DNA from: an uncultured Rikenellaceae bacterium
GTDB lineage: Bacteria > Bacteroidota > Bacteroidia > Bacteroidales > VadinHA17
Direction: 5' to 3'
Assembly (NCBI GenBank): GCA_964410385.1
Contig: CAYPHL010000008.1
Coordinates: forward strand, 1-61,320
Length of the DNA: 61,320 bases
The notes beneath the pieces are model-generated. The model searched no databases and was not told where the DNA came from. It saw nothing but the letters and a program-made list of their open reading frames with translations. Below, piece by piece: positions 37,042 through 46,974 of this stretch (position 1 is the first letter of the stretch; each line of letters starts with the position of its first letter). Made by a program: the position numbers and the translations under genes.

Positions 37042-38160
37042 TCATTTGTTTAATACGATCCTGATAGATGATCCAATTCCAGGTTCAGAATGCCTGACAT
37101 AGATCTTCCCCTTATGGAACTCCTCCACGATCCTTTTTGTGAGTGAAAGGCCCACACCCCATCCTCTTTGCTTGGTGGTATATCCCGGACTGAAGATTTT
37201 TTTGAAAGCGCTCTTCGGGATCCCTTTCCCGGTATCTGAAATATCAACATGAATATTATTTTCCGTCTCAGAAATCCGGTAAGTAATTATTCCGCTGCCT
37301 TCCATTGCATCGATAGCATTTTTTGAGATATTTTCGATTGCCCATTCAAACAATGCGGCATTCAGAGGTATATTTACATCGCGCTCCGGATCAGAATCGA
37401 ATATAAAACTGACCTTTGAAGAAGTTCGTGTTTTCAGGTATGTGATTGTTCCTGTGATTATTGAAACAAGATTTTCATCCCTCAGGGCAACCCTGGAACC
37501 GATCCTCGAGAATCTTTCAGTGATTTTCTCAAGTCTTGCAACATCAAGCGCTATCTCCCTCGACATCGACATTTCAGGATAATCCTGCTGAAGGATCTCC
37601 ACCCAGCCGGCAAGTGACGATACCGGTGTGCCAAGCTGGTGTGCAGTTTCTTTGGACATGCTTACCCATACCTGATTATTTTCGGCTTTTCTCGAAGAGC
37701 TGAACGCCAGAAACGCAACCAGGATAAACAATACAATTATTCCGGTCTGGATATAAGGATAATAATTCAGCCTTGTAAGGATAGTACTGTCTTTATAGTA
37801 GATCTGGTTTTTATGTCCCTTCCCCAGATCAATAATTATGGGATTGTTCTTCCTTTTGATTTTCTGGAGCTGGGAGATCAGATATTGGGGGTCCCGCATC
37901 TTCCTTGCATCAAAATTACCTGAACTGATTATACTGTCTGCTTCATCAGTAAGTATGACGGGAATTGTTATATTATTTTCAATTATTGAAGAAAGGAACT
38001 CAATATCCTGTCCGTTTTCAGCAATTGTAATGAGCCTTGTTGCCTCAGCCCACAGTTCAACTTTCTTCCGCTCTTCATTTTTAAGGATCTCAACCAGAAA
38101 GCGGGTATAGATAAGGGATCCCGATCCTGAAAGAATTGCAAACAGGAAAAGGAAGAGCAT
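37042..38160 (-). CDS. orphan sensor histidine kinase
   Basis: ETAHQLGTP (His intact), KNAIDA, DTGKGI, GWGVGL; frame stays open upstream to a CTG at 38190. Confidence 0.9.
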   Translation of the reverse strand: MLFLFLFAILSGSGSLIYTRFLVEILKNEERKKVELWAEATRLITIAENGQDIEFLSSIIENNITIPVILTDEADSIISSGNFDARKMRDPQYLISQLQKIKRKNNPIIIDLGKGHKNQIYYKDSTILTRLNYYPYIQTGIIVLFILVAFLAFSSSRKAENNQVWVSMSKETAHQLGTPVSSLAGWVEILQQDYPEMSMSREIALDVARLEKITERFSRIGSRVALRDENLVSIITGTITYLKTRTSSKVSFIFDSDPERDVNIPLNAALFEWAIENISKNAIDAMEGSGIITYRISETENNIHVDISDTGKGIPKSAFKKIFSPGYTTKQRGWGVGLSLTKRIVEEFHKGKIYVRHSEPGIGSSIRIVLNK

Positions 38161-38194
38161 CCATGGGGTCTTATGACGGTAAGTGTTCAGTGTT

Positions 38195-40810
38195 TTATTT
38201 CTTTTTAAACAGGTTTCTTAAGGGATTGTCTTTTTTTTCAGCAGGCTGATCCTTAATTTCAGTTTTTACACTGTCCCTCTCCTCCCATGTTACCCTGAAC
38301 TTACGGGTTCCTGAGGATGAAGGCTTTTGTGCTGCTGCAGTGTCATATTTATACCATCCGTATTCTTCATTCAGGATAGTCCGGAGAGACTGTTTTTCTT
38401 TTTTTATTTCATTTCTTACCTGTGTCCCTGCAGCTTTTACATCATATCCTACTTTTACATTATCACCATTATCCTCTATCCTGAGAAGCAGTGAAGTCCT
38501 TCCCAGGCCATCATCCTTAACGGCACCGAATTCAGTCGTATTGGGCCTTGGCTTCGGAATTTTTTTGCTGAGGATCTCCGAAAGAAGTATTTTAACATGA
38601 TATTCATAGTCATTATCAAAACCATGCCTCCCGTTCACTGACAGATCCGCTGCCGATGATCTGACATCCATCTGTGGGATGAACAGGGCATTATTTCTTA
38701 TGAAGAAATCATTAGCCAGCTCCTCAAAGCGGATATTTTCAAGCTCTGATATGTCGATAAATTCGGAAAGCTCCTTTACAGGTTCAAAATTAACAAGAGC
38801 CCCGTTTTTAAGTATATATTTACCTTCTGCAGTCAGAGCTTTTACAGACGGACGAAAATATTGATCCATAGGGATCAGGATTGTAAGTGAGCCGGATAGT
38901 ATGCCTTCAAGATTCTCATCCTTAATAAAATCCTGCCCGAAATTGTTAAAAACTGAAAATGTCTTTTTTACATTTATGCTGTTAACGTTAAAATTTCCTT
39001 TAAGCATATATGATTTATCGGCATTCTGAGCCAGGAATCCGTCTCCTGAAATATTTCCATCAAGTGAATTTAATGATACTGGGTTAAAAGTCATCACCCT
39101 GGGCTTATAATTCATTTTTCCCCTTACATTTTCAGCATTGAGACTCTTGTATTTCAGTTTGCCAAGATCAAAACTCAGGTCAAGGATGACATCTGCGGGA
39201 AGAGAAAATGGCTTTTCCGTGGTGATATTCTTCTCATTTTCCTCCGGCAGGAAGGATCCGGCATCAATGCCGGCTGAGGTTATTGTGGCTGTTGCGGTCA
39301 TAATAACAGGCTTGCCCGATAACCATTCAGTAAGACGGGAAAATGTGCCATTCAGTTTTATATCCTGCTCATTCAACAAGAAATGCAGATCTCTTGCCAC
39401 GACGTTGTCTGAAACTGAAAGATTACCGGTCATATTTTCAATCCGGATTTTGTGATTTCTGAACACCGCACCGAAGGAATCAAAAACCATAAGGGCTTTT
39501 GTATCAAGGGCCAGAAAATCGGATATACTGTATTTTTCTTTACGCGGGATCAGTCCGGACATTCTCAGATCCAGTATTACTGATCCTTCCGGTGATAAAA
39601 TTTCTTTGAGTCCGAAGAATTCTTTTACTTCTGATGGAATTACTTTTCCTTTCAGTTCAATATTTGTTTTGATTGACCTGAAATCCGTTACGGTCAGTGA
39701 ACCTGAATACAGCGATGATCCGAGAGTACCCCTGAAATTGTTTATTTTCAATGAACTGGTTGATGGATCCGTTTTTGTACCGTTCGAGAATAATCCCATA
39801 AAGGAAACATCTTTCAGAGCAAGAGATGAGGATCCGTAGGTTGCCCTTCCATTATTTACTGTAAAACTGATTTCAATACCCGGATTTGTAGTTCTGGAGG
39901 CTTCCCCTTTTATTTTGCTTTCAATGTTCAGAATGCCAGTGGGGTCATAAGATCTCAATTTGTCAAGGACCTTTGGAGGAAGGTATTTTTTGATAACAGT
40001 TAAATTAATGTTATCACCTGTCAGTGTAAGATCCAGAAGGTTATTGGCAGATATGGATCCTTCTATACCGAATCGGTTTTTATCCAGTATAAGAGTACTC
40101 TTATCAAAGCGGATACCTTTTTCTGAACTGTTCAGATCCACGTCTATTTCGCTTCTGATACTGCTCCTGATGTTGAAGTTGTAAAGCGAAAAAAGGTCGA
40201 TTGTAAGGTTTCCCCTGCCTGTAAAATCAATGTTGTCACCGGATATTTTGCTTTTAAGTCGTCCGTTATCCATCATTCCGGATATGATTAGTTCGGTCGC
40301 CAGGTTATTGTAAAGTGCTTTAACATCTGTAACGTTAATACTTTCAAGGTTGATTATCAAATCATTATCCGATGATGGTGTATTGACCGACCTGATATCA
40401 TAATTAACCCCGCCTGAAGTGTCGGTCAGTATCCTGAGAGACCCGTTCCTTACGCTGATTCTGCCTATATTATAGTGGCCCCTGATTATATCCATTAGTC
40501 TGAATTCCATCATGACCGATCTTGCTGCCAGCAGTGTGTCGGTATCCATTTTTCCGAATGACGATCTGTCAAATCCGGGGGATGAATGAACGAGTACATT
40601 TTTCAGGTCGAGTGTGGCTCTGGGGAATCTCCTGAGGAAAGAAAGCCTGACTGATCCTGTTTCGAATTTTGTTGAGATATCGTTGCTTAACGATTTGAGT
40701 ACAATACCTGCCACTTTATCCTGCACAAGAATGGCAAGAATTATCAATACTGCTGCAATTCCTGCGACAACAACAGCAACGGGTTTTAGTATTTCAGACA
40801 ATAACTTCAT
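38195..40810 (-). CDS. AsmA-like envelope protein
   Basis: N-terminal TM anchor, long amphipathic beta-repeat body, AsmA-like C-terminus (FFIRN...IPQMDV...G.HGFD..YEYH). Confidence 0.75.
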   Translation of the reverse strand: MKLLSEILKPVAVVVAGIAAVLIILAILVQDKVAGIVLKSLSNDISTKFETGSVRLSFLRRFPRATLDLKNVLVHSSPGFDRSSFGKMDTDTLLAARSVMMEFRLMDIIRGHYNIGRISVRNGSLRILTDTSGGVNYDIRSVNTPSSDNDLIINLESINVTDVKALYNNLATELIISGMMDNGRLKSKISGDNIDFTGRGNLTIDLFSLYNFNIRSSIRSEIDVDLNSSEKGIRFDKSTLILDKNRFGIEGSISANNLLDLTLTGDNINLTVIKKYLPPKVLDKLRSYDPTGILNIESKIKGEASRTTNPGIEISFTVNNGRATYGSSSLALKDVSFMGLFSNGTKTDPSTSSLKINNFRGTLGSSLYSGSLTVTDFRSIKTNIELKGKVIPSEVKEFFGLKEILSPEGSVILDLRMSGLIPRKEKYSISDFLALDTKALMVFDSFGAVFRNHKIRIENMTGNLSVSDNVVARDLHFLLNEQDIKLNGTFSRLTEWLSGKPVIMTATATITSAGIDAGSFLPEENEKNITTEKPFSLPADVILDLSFDLGKLKYKSLNAENVRGKMNYKPRVMTFNPVSLNSLDGNISGDGFLAQNADKSYMLKGNFNVNSINVKKTFSVFNNFGQDFIKDENLEGILSGSLTILIPMDQYFRPSVKALTAEGKYILKNGALVNFEPVKELSEFIDISELENIRFEELANDFFIRNNALFIPQMDVRSSAADLSVNGRHGFDNDYEYHVKILLSEILSKKIPKPRPNTTEFGAVKDDGLGRTSLLLRIEDNGDNVKVGYDVKAAGTQVRNEIKKEKQSLRTILNEEYGWYKYDTAAAQKPSSSGTRKFRVTWEERDSVKTEIKDQPAEKKDNPLRNLFKKK

Positions 40811-40851
40811 TCACTCACCGGGAAAAAGATTTGTAGCCGGATAACGGTGGA

Positions 40852-40859
40852 CAAAGTTA
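40852..40859 (-). promoter_or_regulatory. sigma-A -7 box (TAACTTTG) for asmA-like gene
   Basis: Exact TAnnTTTG 41 nt upstream of ATG. Confidence 0.55.
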
Positions 40860-40885
40860 ATTTATTTGGATTAATCCGGATATAA

Positions 40886-41596
40886 TTACCTTTTAAGCAG
40901 CCATGAGAGGTCGTCCTTATCTCCGGCTTCCACAGGAGTGCTCCCTTTTTTGAAGATCCTGGCATTTCTGGGGCCGATCAGCTTTACGGATCTGTGACTG
41001 ACCGTCAGCATTGTTCCTTCACGTAGTCCGACAACATTAATATCGGGGTTCACTTCTATGAATTCAATAATCCGTTGTTCGCGGGTTTCGCCTGCATGTC
41101 CTTCCGGGTTGGAATCAAGGTAATGCGGATTTATCTGAAAAGGGATAAGCCCGAAAGCACTGAAAGAATCAGGCTGGATAACGGGCATGTCGTTGGTGGT
41201 CATAATTGTGGGACAGGCTACATTGGATCCTGCACTCCAGCCTATGTAAGGAGTTCCTCCTATCACCTTCTCCTTTACAGGTCCTGTCAGCTTCTTATCC
41301 CTGATCTCTTTCAGGAGCTTCCATGTATTTCCCCCTCCTACGGCAATAGCTTCAGCTTCCCTGACAGCTTTTACAGGATCTTTTGCATGATGTATGGATA
41401 TTATACTGTGCCCTATTTCACGGAACCTTTCAGATACTTTTTCTTCGTACTGATCATAAGAAAATGTAACCGCTGCATAAGGGATAAATAAAACCTTAAC
41501 GGGTTTCGGGCCGAGAAACTCACGGATATTATGCTTGGGATAATCGAGGTATGGTTCTCCGGGATTTGTGGAATTGCTTATTAATAAGAGATACAT
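40886..41596 (-). CDS. pepE: alpha-aspartyl dipeptidase (peptidase S51)
   Basis: FIPYA, GGGNTW, GWSAGS, INPHY, GETREQRI. Confidence 0.93.
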   Translation of the reverse strand: MYLLLISNSTNPGEPYLDYPKHNIREFLGPKPVKVLFIPYAAVTFSYDQYEEKVSERFREIGHSIISIHHAKDPVKAVREAEAIAVGGGNTWKLLKEIRDKKLTGPVKEKVIGGTPYIGWSAGSNVACPTIMTTNDMPVIQPDSFSAFGLIPFQINPHYLDSNPEGHAGETREQRIIEFIEVNPDINVVGLREGTMLTVSHRSVKLIGPRNARIFKKGSTPVEAGDKDDLSWLLKR

Positions 41597-41651
41597 TACA
41601 CTTCATGTTTTTTGTTGCATAAAGGTAATATATCTCTCAAGAAATCAAACA

Positions 41652-42644
41652 TTAATCAATAGTAAAAGCAAGGCCTATTTCGAATGGGAACAGATCAACA
41701 CTTCCAGGCCCTTTGCCTGTCTGGAAAAGCGGGGTGATGTAGTAGGTCCCGTAAACCTGGAGGTTTTCATATCCGATGCGGGCTGTTACACCATATCTGA
41801 GCATGTTCAGGCTGAAATCATCTTCAGATCTCACTTTATCACCTTCATCAAAAACCATTTTTGAATATGAGTAAAGCTTGACAGCGCCTATCGGACCTGC
41901 TGCAATGTTGAGATGATTATGATCGGCAGGGATCTGGAATTCCAGCAGGACAGGAAGTGTGAGGTATAATGTTGAGAATTTTGACTTTTTAAGCAGTGCT
42001 CCGGGATCATATTTTTCAATTATACCGGATTCATTCTTAATTATATTATTATTCCCGTCGAACCTGTAATTATTCCAGTTAAGGCCAAGGCCGGTCACAA
42101 AGCCAATTCGCCTTGCCAGTCCGAGGCTGGTTTGTGCGACATTGAAATTGAGATTATGTGATTTGCCTGAATGTAGCGACATGTAATCAATGTTTTCGGG
42201 TAATGTTAAGCTGTAGTCAGAGACTGCGTAATTATTGAATCCCAATTCAAAACCTGCCCAGTGCCCCCGGAACCGGCTTCTTCTTTCAGCTCTTTCATCT
42301 TCAGGATCCTGCCAGTTATGATTACTATATTCATCAGCTTCATCAATAAAAGTATTCTTATCATACTTTTCCACACTTATTCTGGGTTTTCCTTCTTCAA
42401 GCGATTCAAGGATAATGAGTTTTCTGTTACCCACTTTAACCTGAAGTGCATCATCGTCATCTTCAATTATAATGCGGTCTTTCCCGACCACAACTTTCAT
42501 GATTTCACTTGTGTCTGAAACCGTACGGTCTGTTCTGACCGTATCCCTGGCTGCAGAGGTTTTCTGTCCGAATCCCTGACCCAGAAATAACATAAGTAAT
42601 AATACAGTTCCAAATTTCCTGATGTGTAAATTTTTCGTTTTCAT
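41652..42644 (-). CDS. outer-membrane beta-barrel protein (PorT-like) with acidic N-terminal region
   Basis: Signal peptide, GHWAGFELGFN, alternating beta strands, YGVTARIG. Confidence 0.7.
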   Translation of the reverse strand: MKTKNLHIRKFGTVLLLMLFLGQGFGQKTSAARDTVRTDRTVSDTSEIMKVVVGKDRIIIEDDDDALQVKVGNRKLIILESLEEGKPRISVEKYDKNTFIDEADEYSNHNWQDPEDERAERRSRFRGHWAGFELGFNNYAVSDYSLTLPENIDYMSLHSGKSHNLNFNVAQTSLGLARRIGFVTGLGLNWNNYRFDGNNNIIKNESGIIEKYDPGALLKKSKFSTLYLTLPVLLEFQIPADHNHLNIAAGPIGAVKLYSYSKMVFDEGDKVRSEDDFSLNMLRYGVTARIGYENLQVYGTYYITPLFQTGKGPGSVDLFPFEIGLAFTID

Positions 42645-42670
42645 GGCAGTAGTAATTAGTTTCTGAGAAT

Positions 42671-42699
42671 GAGACGCAGTACGGGTATTAAAAGTTACT
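42671..42699 (-). promoter_or_regulatory. putative ECF promoter AGTAAC-N17-CGTCTC
   Basis: The -35 element overlaps the anti-sigma stop codon; 26 nt upstream of the barrel ATG. Confidence 0.55.
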
Positions 42700-43798
42700 G
42701 CGAAGCTTCATCCTTTTTTACCGGGGCATTGATCTTGAGCAGACCTGAGCTGAAATAAAGGGATTTCATTTCTCCCTGTTCATCACTTACCTTTACCAGA
42801 GCCATCTGAAGCCCGAAAAGCCTGCTTAATCCGTTAATACCAGCTGAAGCAATTTCATAAGGCTTTACAGGAGCGTCGCTGCCGGTATCTTCCCTGAGAA
42901 TTTTTTCCCGGATCACTCTTGCGAGGAATTTGCTGAACCCGTTCCTGTCGTCATAAGCAGGTTCATGGTATTCTATTTTTGATGCAACAAGTTGAAAAAC
43001 GGCAGGTTTTTCAGTAATATCTATCGTTAAGCCCGGGAAATCAATAATTGCAGAGATTGCCGGTTCTCTGAAAATAACAGGAAGTATCACGGAAGAATCG
43101 GTATAGGATAATCCGGCTGAAACAGGATTATCAGGTAATGAAGTTTTAATTTTCACCGCTGAAGCTGAAATATTTGTTTTTTCTGACAGTGCCGGGGTAA
43201 TAATTTCTTCTTCAGGCGCGGTGAGTATTCTGGAATAAAGAATGACCGGTTCGCTCTGCGGTACCTTATTTATTGCTATTTCATCGTTCTTCAGGGAAAC
43301 AATTTTCGGGACGAAGACAAAACTGAGTGCGATAATTGCGATTAAAGCAGCAATTCTTACTATGGGCAATGCAAGGTACAGGACTTTTTCGAATGTGCTT
43401 TTCTTCTTAAGCCTGTCTTTATACTGGTACCGGGATGCAGGTGGAACAAGCTTTATTTTGCTGACTGATTCAAAAATCTTCTTTGATTCAGGATTATTGT
43501 TTATACATATATTGAGGTCTTCAATCTGTTCGGAAGATAAATCGTGTTCAAGATATGCCACCGACAGATATTCAACCTGTGCCGGATGAAGATCTTCCGG
43601 GCTCTTTTTAAGTGATCGTTTTGGTTCAAAGGACCTGTTGTCAGGTGTCAGTATTGTAAGTGACAGCGATTCGGCTTCATCTCTGAGATCAGGATTCTGT
43701 TCAAGGAATCTGATTAAAAGTTCTTTCTGTTCCCCTGACAGATTTCCGGCGAGCCAGTCGGTGATCCATATTTCATAATTTGACCTGTCGGGCTTCAT
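42695..43798 (-). CDS. probable anti-sigma factor (duplicated N-terminal helical domain, single TM)
   Basis: 2 nt after the ECF sigma stop; W/Y-L-x-G/H-x-L-S-x-E-Q motif twice; TM near aa 140-160. Confidence 0.65.
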   Translation of the reverse strand: MKPDRSNYEIWITDWLAGNLSGEQKELLIRFLEQNPDLRDEAESLSLTILTPDNRSFEPKRSLKKSPEDLHPAQVEYLSVAYLEHDLSSEQIEDLNICINNNPESKKIFESVSKIKLVPPASRYQYKDRLKKKSTFEKVLYLALPIVRIAALIAIIALSFVFVPKIVSLKNDEIAINKVPQSEPVILYSRILTAPEEEIITPALSEKTNISASAVKIKTSLPDNPVSAGLSYTDSSVILPVIFREPAISAIIDFPGLTIDITEKPAVFQLVASKIEYHEPAYDDRNGFSKFLARVIREKILREDTGSDAPVKPYEIASAGINGLSRLFGLQMALVKVSDEQGEMKSLYFSSGLLKINAPVKKDEASQ

Positions 43799-43800
43799 TG

Positions 43801-44286
43801 TTAAAGAACAGTTTCAATTTTACCTATATGATTCCTGAGGGCAAGCCTCCCCCTGTAAATATTTATCTTAACCTGGGCTTCACTCATTCCGGTTATCTCA
43901 CCGATCTCCTGGTAGCTGTAACCTTCATAATCGCGTAATAAAATAACTGATCTCTGATGTTCCGGCAATCTTTCAAGAGCAGCGTGAAGTATTTCATTAA
44001 GATCGCTGTACTGGGATTCGTAAACGAGATCCCGGGTATGTGATTCTTCAATTATTGTCATCCTTTTTTCTTTTCTTATCATATCGATCATTCCATGATA
44101 TGCAGTCGAAAAAAGCCATGATTTTACAACTTTAAAATCGAGCTCCGAAACATTCCTCCATAATTTCTCGAAAGTATCCTGAACAATATCATTTGCACGC
44201 TCCTCATCCTTTATATCCGCCAGAATAAAGCGGAAAACAGAATCGGCATACTCCTCCACAGATCTGTTATATTCCTTTACAGTCAT
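43801..44286 (-). CDS. ECF sigma-70 factor
   Basis: Region 2 DIVQDTFEKLW / KSWLF; region 4 LPEHQRSVILLRDYEGYSYQEIGE. Confidence 0.93.
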   Translation of the reverse strand: MTVKEYNRSVEEYADSVFRFILADIKDEERANDIVQDTFEKLWRNVSELDFKVVKSWLFSTAYHGMIDMIRKEKRMTIIEESHTRDLVYESQYSDLNEILHAALERLPEHQRSVILLRDYEGYSYQEIGEITGMSEAQVKINIYRGRLALRNHIGKIETVL

Positions 44287-44303
44287 AAACCTGATTACTA
44301 CCT

Positions 44304-44332
44304 AAAGACGAACGAATGTCCCGATAGTTACA
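44304..44332 (-). promoter_or_regulatory. putative autoregulatory ECF promoter TGTAAC-N16-CGTCTTT
   Basis: AAC/CGT ECF architecture, 17 nt upstream of the sigma ATG. Confidence 0.65.
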
Positions 44333-44444
44333 TTGTATCAAAAGAAATATTACAGGAATTGAATGCAACGACCTTTATGCATCAATAAAGATAACAGGTC
44401 AATGACCCGTATATCACTGAATGTTCAATGAAAATATAAACAGA

Positions 44445-46061
44445 TTATTTTTTGGGCTGATATACCCTCACCCAGTCAATTTCCATTGAGGTCATGCTGT
44501 TTACTGGTTTGTCAAGCCCTCCTGAAAAAATAATATACATTGGTTCACGGGGAACATCTGTTGTACATTTAAAGACAACAGTATCATTTATTTTCCAGAC
44601 CAGCTTATCGGGAGTCCATTCAAGTGTATAAATATAAAAATCACTTGCATACCTGGATCCGGCAGTAGTTTTAAATCTCCTGTCAACACCGGGAAAGAAA
44701 TCGAATGCCACTTTGCCGTCTGATGTCCTGCATACATCTATGTGGGGAGTGATCTTATCGGCCAGCATCCAGAATGCACACTTGGTTGAAGGATTTCCCA
44801 GCCTTACCTTGGCAGAGAATATTCCATACTGCTGACGGAAACTTTTTCCGGTATTCACTATGCCGGATGTGAAGCTGAACTCTTTCGGCCTGAAACCATC
44901 CGTCGGAGTCCAGACCTTACTCATGTACTTCTGGGGTTTTGTAATTATCTTAAGGAGACTGTTCCGGACCTCGAAATTCTCTTTTTCAGTAAAAGCCTGA
45001 AGGTCCGGTTCCACTGAATACCTGTCGTGAAGAAGCTTATCACCATAATAATAATTTGTGAGCCATTTGGAAGTATCCAGCCTGTCGCCATTGAACTCAT
45101 CACAGAAGGTGAGCTCCCTGTTCTTAAGTAAATCGAATTTATTTGAATCCTTAACCTTAAAATACCAGGTTATATCATCGTGTTTTTTCAGATTTTCAAA
45201 CTCCTGAATGGTTTTGAACATCTCGGTCTTTTCAAATCTCTTTTTATCAAGGAAATAATTCTTTTTCTCTTTAAATCCGGCAGTTGCTACAAAATCCTTT
45301 AGCTCATTATACCTCGCTAACCTGTGTGATCCGTCAGTATTCAGGAAATTGGCATATTCCTTTGAATTTTTAAACTTGTAATACTCTTTTATTTCAAGGC
45401 TGTCCTTAATGCGTTTATATTCCAGGAACTTCTTATATTCCTCACTGTCTTTGAAAGTAATAGGCTTCATATTCTTCTTTGCCAGGAATGCCGGACTGTT
45501 CACAAAAGCCTTCAGCTCTTCATACCGTTCGACAGCTTTTGATTTTACAGCCTGACCTTTTGCTGCCTCTTTGAGATACCTTTTTATCTCCGGGTCTTTC
45601 TTAAGATTCTTAAATTCAAGGAAAGTCCTGTATTCATCCGTATCCTTGAATGTTACAGGTTTCATTTTTTCTTTCTGCTTATACTCAAATGAATTTATAT
45701 ATTCCTGGAGGGATTCAAAGTCCTTGACCTTTGCAGATCCGTCCATATCCCTGAATCTTTTTAGAGTACTACCCGAAATTGTTTTAAAGTAAAGGACAAT
45801 ATCCTTTGCTTTCTGCAGGGAAAAAAATTCATTTTCTCTTGCATATTCTTCGGAATTCTTGTACTGAAGTGATTCAATTTCCTTTTTTTTATGTTGAAAA
45901 TCAGAGGAATTGATAAGATCATTCAGTTTAGTGTATTTTGCCAGAAGTTCAGAACCTGTAAAAGCTTTAAGTTTTTCAAATTCGTCTGTAAGAGCCTTTT
46001 CAGCTTGTTCTAATTTTGCAGTAGAGGGAATCAATCCTAATAAAAGCTTAAGACTTGCCAT
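44445..46061 (-). CDS. GH16-like domain protein with four N-terminal K/E-rich repeats, catalytic motif degenerate
   Basis: FCDEFNGD.LD.SKW, FTSG, YG.F.AK, AFWML, F.IYTLEW...W, PMYI, MEIDWVRVYQ; HIDVCR replaces E-x-D-x-x-E. Confidence 0.8.
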   Translation of the reverse strand: MASLKLLLGLIPSTAKLEQAEKALTDEFEKLKAFTGSELLAKYTKLNDLINSSDFQHKKKEIESLQYKNSEEYARENEFFSLQKAKDIVLYFKTISGSTLKRFRDMDGSAKVKDFESLQEYINSFEYKQKEKMKPVTFKDTDEYRTFLEFKNLKKDPEIKRYLKEAAKGQAVKSKAVERYEELKAFVNSPAFLAKKNMKPITFKDSEEYKKFLEYKRIKDSLEIKEYYKFKNSKEYANFLNTDGSHRLARYNELKDFVATAGFKEKKNYFLDKKRFEKTEMFKTIQEFENLKKHDDITWYFKVKDSNKFDLLKNRELTFCDEFNGDRLDTSKWLTNYYYGDKLLHDRYSVEPDLQAFTEKENFEVRNSLLKIITKPQKYMSKVWTPTDGFRPKEFSFTSGIVNTGKSFRQQYGIFSAKVRLGNPSTKCAFWMLADKITPHIDVCRTSDGKVAFDFFPGVDRRFKTTAGSRYASDFYIYTLEWTPDKLVWKINDTVVFKCTTDVPREPMYIIFSGGLDKPVNSMTSMEIDWVRVYQPKK

Positions 46062-46295
46062 TGGTTAATTGTTTTAGATACAGCGTATAAAGATAAAAAT
46101 CTTTTCTTAATTATTATGAAACAGTTTTCAATTACAGATTTCTGGTTTAACGGAAATTACATAACGATTGTTGCAGGAGTGATGATAATCATTCCTCCCG
46201 GTCGTATAAGTGATTCTTTTATCCGGCCGGGATAAAGAAAAAATGATTTTCTTAAAAAATCCTGAAAAAAACTTGTTAATAAAAAAAATCTGTTT

Positions 46296-46320
46296 TAACT
46301 TTGACTGACCGTTCAATCAA
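46296..46320 (+). promoter_or_regulatory. sigma-A -7 box (TAACTTTG) overlapped by a TetR-type operator
   Basis: TTGACTGACCGTTCAATCAA (46301-46320) is 16/20 self-complementary and ends 6 nt before the tetR ATG. Confidence 0.7.
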
Positions 46321-46326
46321 AAAACT

Positions 46327-46968
46327 ATGTCACCCAGAACGCGGGAGAAATTTCAGGAAATGAGGGAAGAAAAAAAAGCCCTTATAATGGATGTTGCTCT
46401 TTATCATTTTGCCAGAGAAGGATATTTCAGTACCACAATAAGACATATCGCCCGTCATGCTGGAATATCAAAAGGTTTGATGTATAACTATTTTGAAAGC
46501 AAGGATGCTCTGCTGACGGCTATAATTCACAAATCGGTAAATGAAATTTTTCATTCTTTTGATATAAACAGGGATGGGTGGCTTTCAGAAGATGAATTCG
46601 AATTTTTTACCCGGAAGATAAGTGAGATATTAAAAGAAAAACGTTCATTCTGGAGGCTGTTAATGCAGCTAATGATGCAAAATGATGTAAGGGAGCGGTT
46701 CCTGAAGTCGTTTGAGGTACAGGATTCATTATCTCACCCCGGACATGAACCGGGCGACAATCAGTATCCGGCACTTATGATGAAAATGATAAAGGATTAT
46801 TTCAATAATAAAAAGAAAACAGGCGGAGAGAATTATGATCCTGACTCTGAATTCGATATGTTCATCCTGGCAATGAAAGGATTTGCTGTCACCAGGATAT
46901 ATTCGGATGATATTGACGAAGAGAACAATGAAAAGTTATTAAACAGGATTATCGGACTATTTAAATAA
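46327..46968 (+). CDS. TetR/AcrR family regulator
   Basis: ALYHFAREGYFSTTIRHIARHAGISKGLMYNYFESK. Confidence 0.93.
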   Translation: MSPRTREKFQEMREEKKALIMDVALYHFAREGYFSTTIRHIARHAGISKGLMYNYFESKDALLTAIIHKSVNEIFHSFDINRDGWLSEDEFEFFTRKISEILKEKRSFWRLLMQLMMQNDVRERFLKSFEVQDSLSHPGHEPGDNQYPALMMKMIKDYFNNKKKTGGENYDPDSEFDMFILAMKGFAVTRIYSDDIDEENNEKLLNRIIGLFK

Positions 46969-46974
46969 CTGATT

